From Eledone cirrhosa (Eukaryota), in NCBI GenBank assembly GCA_964016885.1, contig OZ024746.1, positions 101,742,001-101,806,000 on the forward strand: a stretch of DNA of 64,000 nucleotides. The letters are read 5' to 3'. Position 1 is the stretch's first letter; the number at the start of each line of letters is the position of its first letter. A program made the translations under genes and the position numbers. The notes under the pieces were generated by a model. It was given only the letters and a program-made list of their open reading frames with translations. It made no database searches and had not been told where the DNA came from. This document shows positions 52,901-64,000 of the stretch, one piece after another.

Positions 52901-55790
52901 CAGGCCCTTGTCTATGAAGTCTGTCTATGTCGATCTCACATATCACAAATTTGTGGTCTGTGTAGTCGACTATTTTAAATTGTGGACAGCTTATACTAGC
53001 CTTATCTAGTTCTCTGCAGAATACCCTATCGAGATATGATCTGGATTACACGATGCGGTTTGTCCATGTCCACATTGGCACATTCGGGTGATCCAGTCGA
53101 TACCTGTCAGACAGTTCAAAACGTCTGAGCAGGTTGGTGAGGCTCTTGCACCCTCCTCCCCTATCCACTAGCCCCCCAGCGTGCATCCAAGATACCGTTC
53201 CAGTCGCTCACTAACACTAAAGAGCGGGACGTTCCAAGAAAGGTCTCTAGACGTCTGAAGAAATCTGGCCGTCCTGCCCCTGTTAGGGCGTAGACGGCTA
53301 CTAGCCTGAAAGCATTGCCTTCGCTGCCGGTCACGTCCAGCACTACTGACTTACCTTCTGGGTCTAGGAAGATGGCCCGTATGGCGAGATCCGAGCCTCT
53401 CCGAAAAAGGACGGCAACCCCTCCCCCCCCCCCCGATCCTGGACGGCTGGGAGATGCGTATACATCGTAGCCGCCGAATATCGGTGCGAAGGCTTGTGCT
53501 TCGGAGATTCTGGTCTCACTGATGGCCACCACATCTATGTTTAGTGACCTGAGGTCGTTGAGCAGGTGACCCTGCTTCCAAGATGACCCCAGGCCACGTA
53601 CATTTATACTGCCTATTCTGAGTACGGCCATGTTGGATGAGAAACGGGGCAAGTGAGAAAGGGTCACTTACCTTGATCGTGTGGTGAAGGGACAGTAGAA
53701 CCGTCCCTTTCGCTGGTCATGGGTGTTTCCAAGAGGATGTCAGTCTATATCCTCTTGGTAACCGACCCTCTGAAGTCTCCAACTGCGTTGGTGAATTTTT
53801 GTTTTAAAGGTTTGTACTGTTCTATTGAGATTTCGATGATGCTTATGTTTGTCGGGAGAGTTCCTGGTGTTGGTGGGGTGTAGTAGTTTTTTTCTGTGGT
53901 GTCTGTATGCTACTTTATATATTGTATGAGTTCTTTTTTTGCCATGTTTATGGCTGTGTACTTTTGGGGGGAGGGGTGATTTTGTTGCTGTTTTCTTCTT
54001 GTTGCTGTTTGGTGTGTGTGTCTTGTTGTGTTTGCGTTGTTGGTGTTTTTGGTGATGCTGGTGGTGGTGTGGTTGTTGTTGTCAGTGGTGCTTGTGGTGG
54101 TGTTGCTGCAAGTTTCCTTGCTGCCTTTACCCCTCTTTGTATGCCTTCGCTTTTGGAGGGTGAATCTAAGGGTTTTTTTTATTTTTTGGTTTTTTTGTGG
54201 TAGACCGTTTGCCACTTCACTCCCGCCTCAAACTCCATGTCGGATTCTGTGGCATCTGGGAGGGGGGTGTGCTCCACGGCTGTTGGTGGTGGTAGTGGAG
54301 CCCCTTCGGCAATTTTATTGCTGGTGTAGCTACTTCAAATGTAGCTATTGGTGTTGCCGCCACTGATGATGCTGCTTTAGTTGTCCGTGGCCTTGGTACA
54401 GGTGCTACGTACGTTGCCCTCCTACTCACCGTGGAAGGGGCTTCTGCGTTTGTTGCCTGCCCTGCTCTTGGTAGCAGGGGACCAGGTATTGGAAGGAGAG
54501 GGGCCTTCCTCTTCGCTGTCTTCTGCGGGCAAAAGGCCCTGAGGTGACCCTTCGACCCACAGAGATAACAGTTTGGTCGTCTTCCTTCTACACTTATAGG
54601 GAGTTGGAGTCCTTCCTCGATGTCTATGATATCGGGGATAGCGTCGATACATTCCTGGTCAGTTTGTATAAGCATTTGCATGCCTATACCTGACCAGTTC
54701 TCTCTCCCTATTTGTTCTACTTGCAGCATGGTCGTCCTGTTCTCGATTCCAGCAAGGAAAGACGCGGCCAGCCAAGGTATGGGCACGTCGGGTGGGACCT
54801 GGGTCACTTTGACCCTCACAATTTTCTGCCCGCAGTAGGAGGGCACCAAGACTATCTCCTCACTCTTTAGGGTTTCCAAAGAGTGAGACTTTGCTTCCTG
54901 GAGGGTGGCGAAAAGTACGTCTACTGTGGGGTACTTTCTGCCTCGGGTGATGTTGGTTTTGCGTGCCCAGACGCACCCCAAGGCCTTTGGGATTTGAGCC
55001 TCCGTGGATCTCTCCACCCGATGTGAGATTTTGCTTACGGCGCGGTAAGTCACCGTCCGTAGCTGCTGATCCTTGAAAGAATCGGGTGGAGGTTTCAGGG
55101 AGACTCTATTGGGGCTTCTTGTCACCATGGCCCTTGCGACTGCCATCTCCTCCTCTGTGACTAACACTGTCTCGATATTTCGGGCGACACCTGCAAAAGA
55201 AGTGGTCCCTTTTTCAGCAGCACCACTATTGCTGCCGCTACTGGTCTTACTGGTGGTGCTGATATCGCTATTACATGTATCGGTGTCATTGCTGTTGTTT
55301 TCGTTGGTACAGTTGTTGGTGTTGTTGTTGTTGTTTTCGTTGATACTGTTGCTGTTGTTACTGTTATTGTGGCTGTTGTTATTATTGTTGTTTTTGTTGA
55401 TACTGTTCCTACTATTATTGTTGTTGTGGCTGTTGTTATTGTCATTGTTATTGTCGTTCTCGACCTTACCGCTGTTATTTTTGTTATTGTCGTTCTCGAC
55501 TTTACCGCTGTTATTTTTGTTGTTGCTGTTGTTATTGATGGTGTTGTTGTTGGTGTTGGTATTATTGTTGGTGTTGTTTGTGTTAGAAATATTTGTTAAT
55601 TTTAAATTTTCTTTTCCTTTGTAATATTTTCGTTTATATTTACCTCCGCTGGAACGGTCTTGTTGACATGCTGATAAAGTCTCCCTCTCTCTGTGTTGTC
55701 TGACAGCGCTCTCTCTGTTTCTTGTGTTGTCCATGTTGAAATTTTTTCAAAAAATTATATTTTTTTACATATTTAAAACAATTGTGATAG
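49910..55790 (-). mobile_element. Near-full-length Tx1/L1-clade LINE (copy 3)
   Basis: ORF1 55734 to about 53664 (poly-Asn tract, CYLCGSKGHLRAFC). ORF2 53631-50208 in several frameshifted pieces. 3' end adjoins (AAT)n. Confidence 0.92.
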
Positions 55791-56449
55791 AATAATTCTT
55801 ATTACAAATGGGACATAAGATACCAGTCTTAACTCTCAGGAAGTGACAACGCATAAAATTATGGCATAGGGCTCCAATATTTAATACTTAATTTTGTATC
55901 AGAAATGTTATAGTCAAAAAAGAAAATGGTTACAAATGGAAGAAAACAACAGCCAAATAATTTCATCTTTTTCCATTTCTCCGAGGGTTCTTAACCCCAC
56001 TATCAGGCTAAATAATTTCTTTAATTTCTTTAGTCAAAATACGGCGATAGCTTACATTTCTAATAATACATATATATATATATTCACATACATATAAACG
56101 CATATATACACACATACACACGTAAGTTCATACATAGAAACAAATAAATATATTAGCACTCAAAAATATTCATACATATATATGAATATGTTAAGTATAT
56201 TTGCAGAGAAAAAGGGAGTTTTCGATGTTGTATTTAGAATCAAGAGATGTAGTAAGATTGGATATAAATCATATGTAAGTGTTATAAGTATAATTAAATA
56301 TATTTGAACTTATATATGTGTCAAATATATCATTATATCTTATAGAGTCATCAAATGTATATACTTACATACCAAGGTGCACGCATAGCGAAAGAAAGAA
56401 GTGAAAATAATCAGTATGTGACTGATATCTGTGAGTTATAGGTATAATT

Positions 56450-57430
56450 AAATGTATGTGTTCATATTAAATATAGGTTCATGGTATTTAGTGTTAATGC
56501 TATTTCATAATTGAAATATGTTCAGAGTGGTTATGTGTCGAAATTGATGCTATTTTTATTCCAACAGGAAAGCAGATGTAATCTTATATGCGGGCAACCT
56601 CTGAAAACTTAGTTTTAGAGTTGAGACAAGTATTTGGAGATTTCAGGTTCTGTAGAATTCTATATTTCCCGGTTATGCATAAAGTACATTTTCTTGTACC
56701 TTTTGCATATTCTTTTGATTGGTCTAAAATAGAACAATTTATTACATATATAATTCCACGTTCTTTCATCTCCCACACTCTGTTTGCAAACGCCGTAGTT
56801 TTCTCTTTTTCAGGATGTCTGAAAGAAGCGAGATGTGCGTAATATCGTTGTTTAAATTTATCTTGAGTCATTCCCACATATTGCTCACTGGTAACTGGTT
56901 GGTATTTAAAGGTGTCACTGTTGCCCCATATGTTGCCTTTACCCTGTAGAGGACATTCTCCTGTATTTATGCATGAACATCCTGGATTTTCTCTGGGTAT
57001 TTTCCTATTGGTAATCTTAGATATCATTGAAAGACTGCATAAATAGCTAATCTTGACTAAATTTCTGTTAAATATTTTATTATACCTATGTTGTTGGGGG
57101 AAATGTTTATCTAAAAGATCAAGGCACTTTTTACCTATATTTGTTTTTACTGCTAATGGTGGTGTAAACCAAATTATTTTTATTTTTCTATTGTTATGAT
57201 TATTGGTATTAGTAGAATTAGGTGTATATTTAATTATTTCGTAAAAACCACTATTTTTAAGTATATATATAGGAAAATGTATGACCCCGACAGCAGAGCT
57301 CAAGCCGTTTCGACGACTATTTCTGGACTAAATTAGAATTTTTAGCCTGGTAAATAAATAGCCGAACTTTTCAAGGGGTAATTCCTTATATGGGAAGATT
57401 GAATTTGTCAAAAGGATTGGTTAACATTTC
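56450..57430 (-). mobile_element. Penelope-like element fragment (GIY-YIG endonuclease) preceded by an HHR-bearing terminal repeat
   Basis: IIWFTPP, KHFP, KIFNRN, CPLQG, YVGMT..FKQRY..H, CTLCIT and LNSK. Confidence 0.85.
57284..57379 (-). ncRNA. Type I hammerhead ribozyme, U3-A8 family
   Basis: ACCCC-UUGAAAA-stem II-GAA-ACGGC-UUGAGCUCU-GCUGU-C-GGGGU. Confidence 0.72.
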
Positions 57431-57728
57431 TTGTAAACACCATTAAATCTTTCATGGCAGTGGGTGGGAGGTGGCGGTGGCTGAACTTGCCTGTAGAGCA
57501 ATGAGGGAGTGTGTATGACAAAGGCTAGGTAGGAGACAGGCGAAAAAGGATTGTAGTTGTCAAAAGGATATAATATATTAGTATAATTAACTTAAACATA
57601 ACCAAATACAAAAGATATTAAAAGATTTCATGGTATTTAATTGGTCGCTTCTATTTGACTTGATATTTGAAAGCAACGGTCACACAGCATTTTTCTTTCT
57701 TTCTTTTTTGCCGTTATGTCTTTCTTCT

Positions 57729-57759
<31 letters not shown>

Positions 57760-58019
57760 TCCTTTTTCTTCCCTAATACGTATATTTACGCATTTAAATA
57801 TTTATGTATGTATGTATTTATTTATTTTTTTCTTGCATTTCCTCATACTCACCCCCTCCTTATACCTATATCTCGCTCCACATCCTCTTCTTCATTAAAT
57901 TTAAGTTTATCATGTTATTATTTGAGGTATATAAATGTTAAGATTTGTTGTAATAAATCACTGCTAATACTGGAATTGAACCATCAAGACCGTTGAGGTG
58001 TGTCATACATCAATTCATG

Positions 58020-58071
58020 TATTTTATCTGACGAGGACATACTGAAAAAACAGCACAGTACCTTTGAAATA
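58020..58071 (+). ncRNA. 5' part of a hammerhead ribozyme interrupted by a Helitron (3' part at 59584-59597)
   Basis: UAUUUUAU-CUGACGA-stem II-GAAAUA | UAUAU-A-AUAAAAC. Rejoining restores palindromic stem III AUAUAUAU and stem I. Confidence 0.68.
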
Positions 58072-59583
58072 TCTATATATATAAAACTGAGGATGTCTGT
58101 CTGTGTGTGTGTGAGTTTGAATCCCTAAAACTAGAGAACCACCCAATCGACTGTTTTCAAACTTTACACATGTAATACTTATGTTTTCAGGGAGTGTTCT
58201 GAGCAAACGAAATTTCTAATTTTCAATGCCCTAGGGACCGCATTAGGTGATTTAGCGATCTCTCTCTATAATTCTTAGTCTTTCTCTTTTTAGATAGATA
58301 CATACATATGAAAAGTTTTGGAGAGATCGTATCTTCTTGCTTCACTCCCTTCTCGACCGGCACTCGTACGGGTGATGACAGCAGAGCTATTTCGGTGGTG
58401 CATCCGGAACTCGCCTCCCTGAGCAGTTGAACGTATTGCGCCTCGACTCCTTGCCTCTGCAGCGAGTTCAGCACTGCGTTGATTTCGACGCTGTCGAAAG
58501 CCTTCTCGTAGTCTACGAACGCGACACAAAGAGGCATCTTGTACTCTTTTGCTCGCTCAAGCAGTTGTGTCAGAGTAAATATGTGGTCCACCAAACTTTT
58601 CACCGCGTGTCTCGAGCAGATCATCAGAGGCATTGATTGGCAAGGCGGTGTCAACATCAACGGCGAGATACTTATCCACCTCCGTTTCGCTGATGACATC
58701 GTATTTATCGCTGAAACCACGGATCAGCTTCAGACCATGCTGACGGAGCTCGACATCAAAAGCTCTGCAGTAGGCCTCAAGATGAAACGCATGAAAACGA
58801 AGTTCATGCGGTCCGACAACGTACCAAACCAACAGGTCGAATGGTGGTTGGCGGTGATGAAATAGAGGAGGTGGAGGAATACATACTTGGGACAAGAAGT
58901 GAACATGCGCCGAGACATTGAGAGGGAGATCTCGCGGAGAATAAGGGCCGGATGGAATGCGTTCAACGGCATAAGGGATGTGCTCAAGGGGAGGTTGGAC
59001 AAGACCACCCGCGCCAACCTCTTCAATAACACAGTTTTACCTGCAATGTTATATGGCAGTGAAACTTGGGCTACAACGAAGAGAGAAGAGCAGAAGCAGG
59101 TAACGGCTCAAAGAGCAATGGAGAGATCAATGCTAGGAATCTCGTTGAGAGAGCACATCAGGAGCGAAGTCGTCAGACAGAAGTCCGGCATGAGGGACGT
59201 CATCACGGAATATATGCGCAGCAAGTTCAGATGGGCTGGACACGTCGCGCCCTTATAATATCTGTCTGTATGTCTGGCTGTGTGCATTACGTCACTTCCT
59301 ACAATTCGCTCTGCGTCCAGAACGCACCCTTATAATACCTGTCTGTATGTTTGGCTGTCTGCTGCCTTCGGTTATTCTGCCACCTTGCTCAAGACAAATC
59401 TCACACTCATTCCCCAAACAGTTGATAAGTGCACACAACTTCTTCCCACGGTGTTGCTTACTTACGTACCACCAGACACTTACTTCTTTGCCAGCCCCGT
59501 GGTTGTGGCAATACTAAGCTTAGCTAAGGCGGTTATATATTTCACAATACCTTATCCCGTGCAACGCCGGGTACCACTGCTAG
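58072..59583 (+). mobile_element. Non-autonomous Helitron containing an RTE fragment
   Basis: Starts TC after host A and ends CTAG before host T, with no TSD. Subterminal GC hairpin CCCGTGCAACGCCGGG at 59556-59571. Confidence 0.75.
58308..59252. mobile_element. RTE-type LINE fragment with inverted 5' part
   Basis: Minus 58590 to 58310: DHIF..FVDYEKAFD..GVKQEDTISPKLF. Plus from about 58588: KLFTACLE..LRFADD..MLYGSETW..RWAGHV. Confidence 0.85.
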
Positions 59584-59639
59584 TATATAATAAAACATAT
59601 ATTTTGATTATGTGAATGTCTTCATTTATTAATATTCTG

Positions 59640-59697
<58 letters not shown>

Positions 59698-59699
<2 letters not shown>

Positions 59700-61745
59700 C
59701 GAAGGAGGCGTGGTAAGGAACCAGATGGACCATAACGCACCAGAGTACTCAATACTTAGGGTAGTAGAGTGGGCAATAGGAAAATGTTTAACCCCGACGG
59801 CAGAGCTCAAGCCGTTTCGACGGCTATTTTTGGACTAAATTCGAATTTTTAGCGTGGTAATAAATAGCCGAACTTTTCAAGGGGTAATTTCTTATATGGG
59901 AAGATTGTAGTTGTTAAAAAATTAGGGGACCAAAAACGTCGTAGTATGAATGAACTTTGTAGAATGCACTGAAATATGCGAGAAAAAAGGGGTATATGTG
60001 TAAAAAAGATATATATGTGTGAGAAAAAGTTTTAAATCTTAATTATGGAGTAAGATATTAGCTGTATATTTTGTGAAATGACCTAAGCGATTTATGGATG
60101 CAAAGAGAAAATAAATCTGTGCGTCTATTTATTATAGAGTTAAAATTAGAGATAATGGTAAATTTTTCCGCTAGACATAAATTACAAGTTCTAGATATGG
60201 AAGCGTTGGAATATGGAGAAGCATTGCATATTTTACACCAAGAAATTTTGTAATTAATGTTTTTGTCTTTTAAGGACCAGATGAGTTCTGAGAGTGCAGT
60301 GTTTGTTCTTTTAAGTGGGTATTTAAAGGACGAAGAATAGTTATATAATCTTGCCTTAGAGGAATAGAAGTAGAGCCAATGTAGGTATAAGAATTGGTAC
60401 TAGTTATCACATTACATTCGTATACTAAATTTGTATCGAGACAGTAATTATTAAGAGGACATTTAGTTCTATTAAGGCAATTGTATTTACGATTAATGTT
60501 ATTAACAGAGTTATTTGCAAGTGGCCCAAAATTATTTATAGAAGGAATTGTAGTGGAGAAATTAACTAAAGGAGGTGCTAATGTTTCCTGATTTAGATAC
60601 TATTAGGAGCATTCATCGAAATTACGTTTGTCGTCGTATTTATGTTTAAGTTATCTTGTCTAGGAGCATTCATCGAAATTACGTTTGACGTCGTATTTAT
60701 ATTTAAGTTATCTTGTCTAGAGTTTACATTGACGTCGGGCCTTATAGTGTTATTACTATGACGCTCAGTGTTGGATGGATATGATTTATTATTTAATATT
60801 TTAGTATTATGTTTAGAGATAATGTTAGAAATGTTGGAAGTGGTGGAATAAGAAAATTTAATTGTATGCTTATTAAAGATCTTACTATAAATATGTGAAG
60901 GAGGGAAGCAATTATCTAACGCCCTAAAGAATAGTTTAGGAATATTACTAATAATAGAAAGAGAAAAAGGAGCGTTGTACCAAATAATATTTTTATATCT
61001 AGGTCTCCTCTTTATGTTATTGGAATGCTTATAACTAGCTATATTACTATAAGTTCTGCCATGATTGGTTTCATTAGTGTATTTAATTCTGTCTGGATAA
61101 CCAGCTCTGGAAAGCGCATTATTGTAATAATTGGCTGTAGCGTCAAAGATAAGTTTATTAGAAAATAGATTAGAAATTCTTTTTTCAACATTTCTGAGTA
61201 TAGCATTCTTAACATTAATAGGGTGGTTTGATTTAAAATTTACATAATTTAGGTTCTCATTATCCTTATGGTATGGGTAATATAGTCCGGTGTCAAGATT
61301 AAGGGATATTTCTAGGAAGTTAGCTAATTTAACGTTGTTCTCAAATTCAATTTTTAGGTTAAGGTGCTTAAATAGATCAAGTATATTATTCTTGATAATA
61401 TTAAGGTTTACTATGTTACAGTTTAAGACAGTAAAAAGGGCATCGTCACGATAAATTCCACCGCGAAGTTGAGGAATTTTCCGATTTAAAGAGTTCAAAA
61501 TGAAGATTCCAACCAAGTCTGTCAATTGCGCTGAATCCGACGAACCCATGGTGATGTCAAAATTGTTGGAAGTATCATCTCTTGTCCAATATTCGTTGTT
61601 GAATTCCAGGATAGTTTTTCTTGCGGTGAGAATGATGTTCAATTCATCTGTAGTGATGTCCGAATATTTAAACGCATAAGAGAGAGCTTTGTTGAGGAGT
61701 GAAAGAGAAATGGAAGAATAGTAACTGGCAATGTCAAACTGAATA
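59698..61745 (-). mobile_element. Penelope-like element: RT, GIY-YIG remnant and 3' terminal repeat with HHR
   Basis: QFDIASYYSSI, ITMGS, IYRDD, KSNHP and IIWYNAPF. GIY-YIG at about 60490-60130 (CPLNNYCL..LVYEC..YIG). Confidence 0.88.
59791..59885 (-). ncRNA. Type I hammerhead ribozyme, U3-A8 family
   Basis: ACCCC-UUGAAAA-G..CGGCUAUUU..AAAUAGCCG.C-GAA-ACGGC-UUGAGCUCU-GCCGU-C-GGGGU. Confidence 0.78.
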
Positions 61746-62439
61746 AATTTTTGTTTGTTTTTATTTGTTTTTATTTGTTTTTATTTGTTTTTATTTGTTT
61801 TTATTTGTTTTTATTATTCAAGTCATTGAACTAGTCTCGTTTTTTTCTTTTTTCTTCTCTCTTTCCGTGCTTGTCTTTGCTTAAATAATTACTTTTTCAA
61901 TTACAATCTATTTAAACAAACTAGGACCCTATATCGTCTGCTAAGCTTATAAATCATTTAATTTTATTTTTATTCACCTTATCTTATTTTACTTTATTTT
62001 ATTTTAATATTACACTTTAATAAAACTTTTTCGCACATCTTAATAAATCCTTCAGTATATAAACCCTAAATAAATAGTATACTTAATTTCTATATCTGTA
62101 ATCATAAACATCATCAATCATAAACCTCATCAATTTTTAATTTTTTAATTTATTTATAAATTTACAACCGTTTTTTCAGTTATTTTTCAGTGAAGACAGC
62201 GTTTTTCAGTTTAAATCTCAGTTTCTCTCTCTCTCCTTTCTCTTTCTCTCTCCTCCCTCCTTCTTATACTCTTCCTCTGTTATCCTTTCCTTCTTTTTTC
62301 CTTTCTTCCTCTTCCTTCTTTTTTTCCCCTTCCTTCCCTTTTTTCCAATCTTCTATATCCTTTTAAATTTATTTATCATATGTTGATTAGACACTACCTT
62401 GTTCACAAGTGTTTTTTTTAAGCATCATATCATGTCAAC

Positions 62440-62510
62440 TATTTTATCTGATGAGAACGCAAATATCGTCACAGGATGATATTTGTTTTTGAAATGCGCA
62501 TAATAAAATA
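62440..62510 (+). ncRNA. Type I hammerhead ribozyme with palindromic minimal stem III
   Basis: Perfect stem I UAUUUUAU/AUAAAAUA, core CUGAUGA, stem II GCAAAUAUCGUC/GAUGAUAUUUGU, GAA-AUGCGCAU-A. Predicted cleavage after 62502. Confidence 0.82.
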
Positions 62511-62627
62511 CATGGAACTGTTTTAACTTTTAATTTCTTCTTATATATACTCCAGTCCAATAAACTGTTCAGTGCTACTTATCCGACATTTGCATTGTTT
62601 TATTGTTCTACAATAAAACTCACCTCC

Positions 62628-62995
<368 letters not shown>

Positions 62996-63109
62996 GTTCT
63001 GGCTTGTTAATTTATTAACACGCCATAGAACCACATTGGCATACGGTTGGATAATACTTGTATCCATATATGTATTTTTTACACGTAGGAACACATACTT
63101 TATTATTAT

Positions 63110-63255
<146 letters not shown>

Positions 63256-63320
63256 TTTATCCCGGGTTCAATCGGAGGTACCCACAGTAAGTAAGGTACT
63301 CAATACATAGCGGAGTATAA

Positions 63321-63450
63321 ATATTTAATATAGAAATAGCTTTTACAGGACTAGAACTGTTTAATTCGGGAGAAATCATCAGTAAGGCCTGATGATTTCT
63401 CCCGAATGAAACAGTTCTAGTCCTGTAGAAGCCATTTCTATATTAAATAT
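63321..63450. repeat. Palindrome of about 62-bp arms centred on a hammerhead core
   Basis: ...TCATCAG-TAAGGC-CTGATGA... The right arm reads CUGAUGA-UUUCUCCCGAAU-GAAAC-AGUUCUA-GUC. Confidence 0.8.
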
Positions 63451-64000
63451 ATATATATATATATTCCCACAAATGTTAAGAATTGCTTAGATATTGTGAC
63501 AATCCAAGTATTTCTTTGGAAGTGTTGCGAGAACGTCTTTCCTTCCTTTATAGAAGGAATTTATCTGTGATGTGTGCTGCCGGCCAAACGTTGTGTAAAC
63601 CTGGGTGGTATACATATCATGTACTTGTCGCCAGTATTAATGAAACAAAATAAGCTTAAGTTGATGATAAAATAAACAGTTTTTCCCTCCTCGCCCCCAA
63701 CTATGACTGTTCCTAGCTTATCCTCCTGACATAGACACAACTTTCACATTAGCTCAGGGCAAACGGATATACTTTTCATTACTTTTTCCTTTTTGTTTTA
63801 TTTTTCCCTCTTCATTTTCCTTAACTTTATACAGTATTGATAGTTCAAAGCATTGACATTTCAATAGCCTAAAGTCATTAGATTGTATTATAATTCTCTG
63901 TGGTAGATAATTTGTGAGAGTTCTTTTCTGAAAGATGTCAGCTTAACGTTTTCATGTTATGGCGTCGAATTGCTGGATAGTGAGAGTAGGTTCTAGATTT

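Noticed and set aside
63750-63945. About 60-codon open stretch on the minus strand
   Set aside because: Weak splice signals and no recognisable motif.

Overview
Repeat-dense eukaryotic genomic DNA. The tRNA-type SINEs, RTE, Dong/R4, Tx1 and Penelope content and the microsatellite load suggest a mollusc, probably a coleoid cephalopod (inference). There are no prokaryotic features and no CRISPR array. The window looks like large introns of a minus-strand host gene, of which two phase 0-0 exons can be supported (39362-39661 and a 2370-nt exon at 9321-11690). The introns hold five tandem arrays (49, 8, 18-19, 32 and 27 bp units), four Tx1/L1-clade LINEs, three Dong/R4 pieces, RTE and CRE-like fragments, Penelope-like (PLE) remnants, SINEs and one non-autonomous Helitron. 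The main hidden layer is about a dozen hammerhead ribozyme (HHR) motifs in PLE termini, in two structural families and often inside fold-back inverted repeats. One family has a U3-A8 core, a long stem II and a palindromic GAGCUC loop. One HHR is split by a Helitron inserted in its stem III. Also notable: Tx1 copies stacked in (AAT)n tracts, and a 5' splice-donor motif at the ORF1 stop in all three long Tx1 copies. All calls were made by eye, with no searches or folding run.
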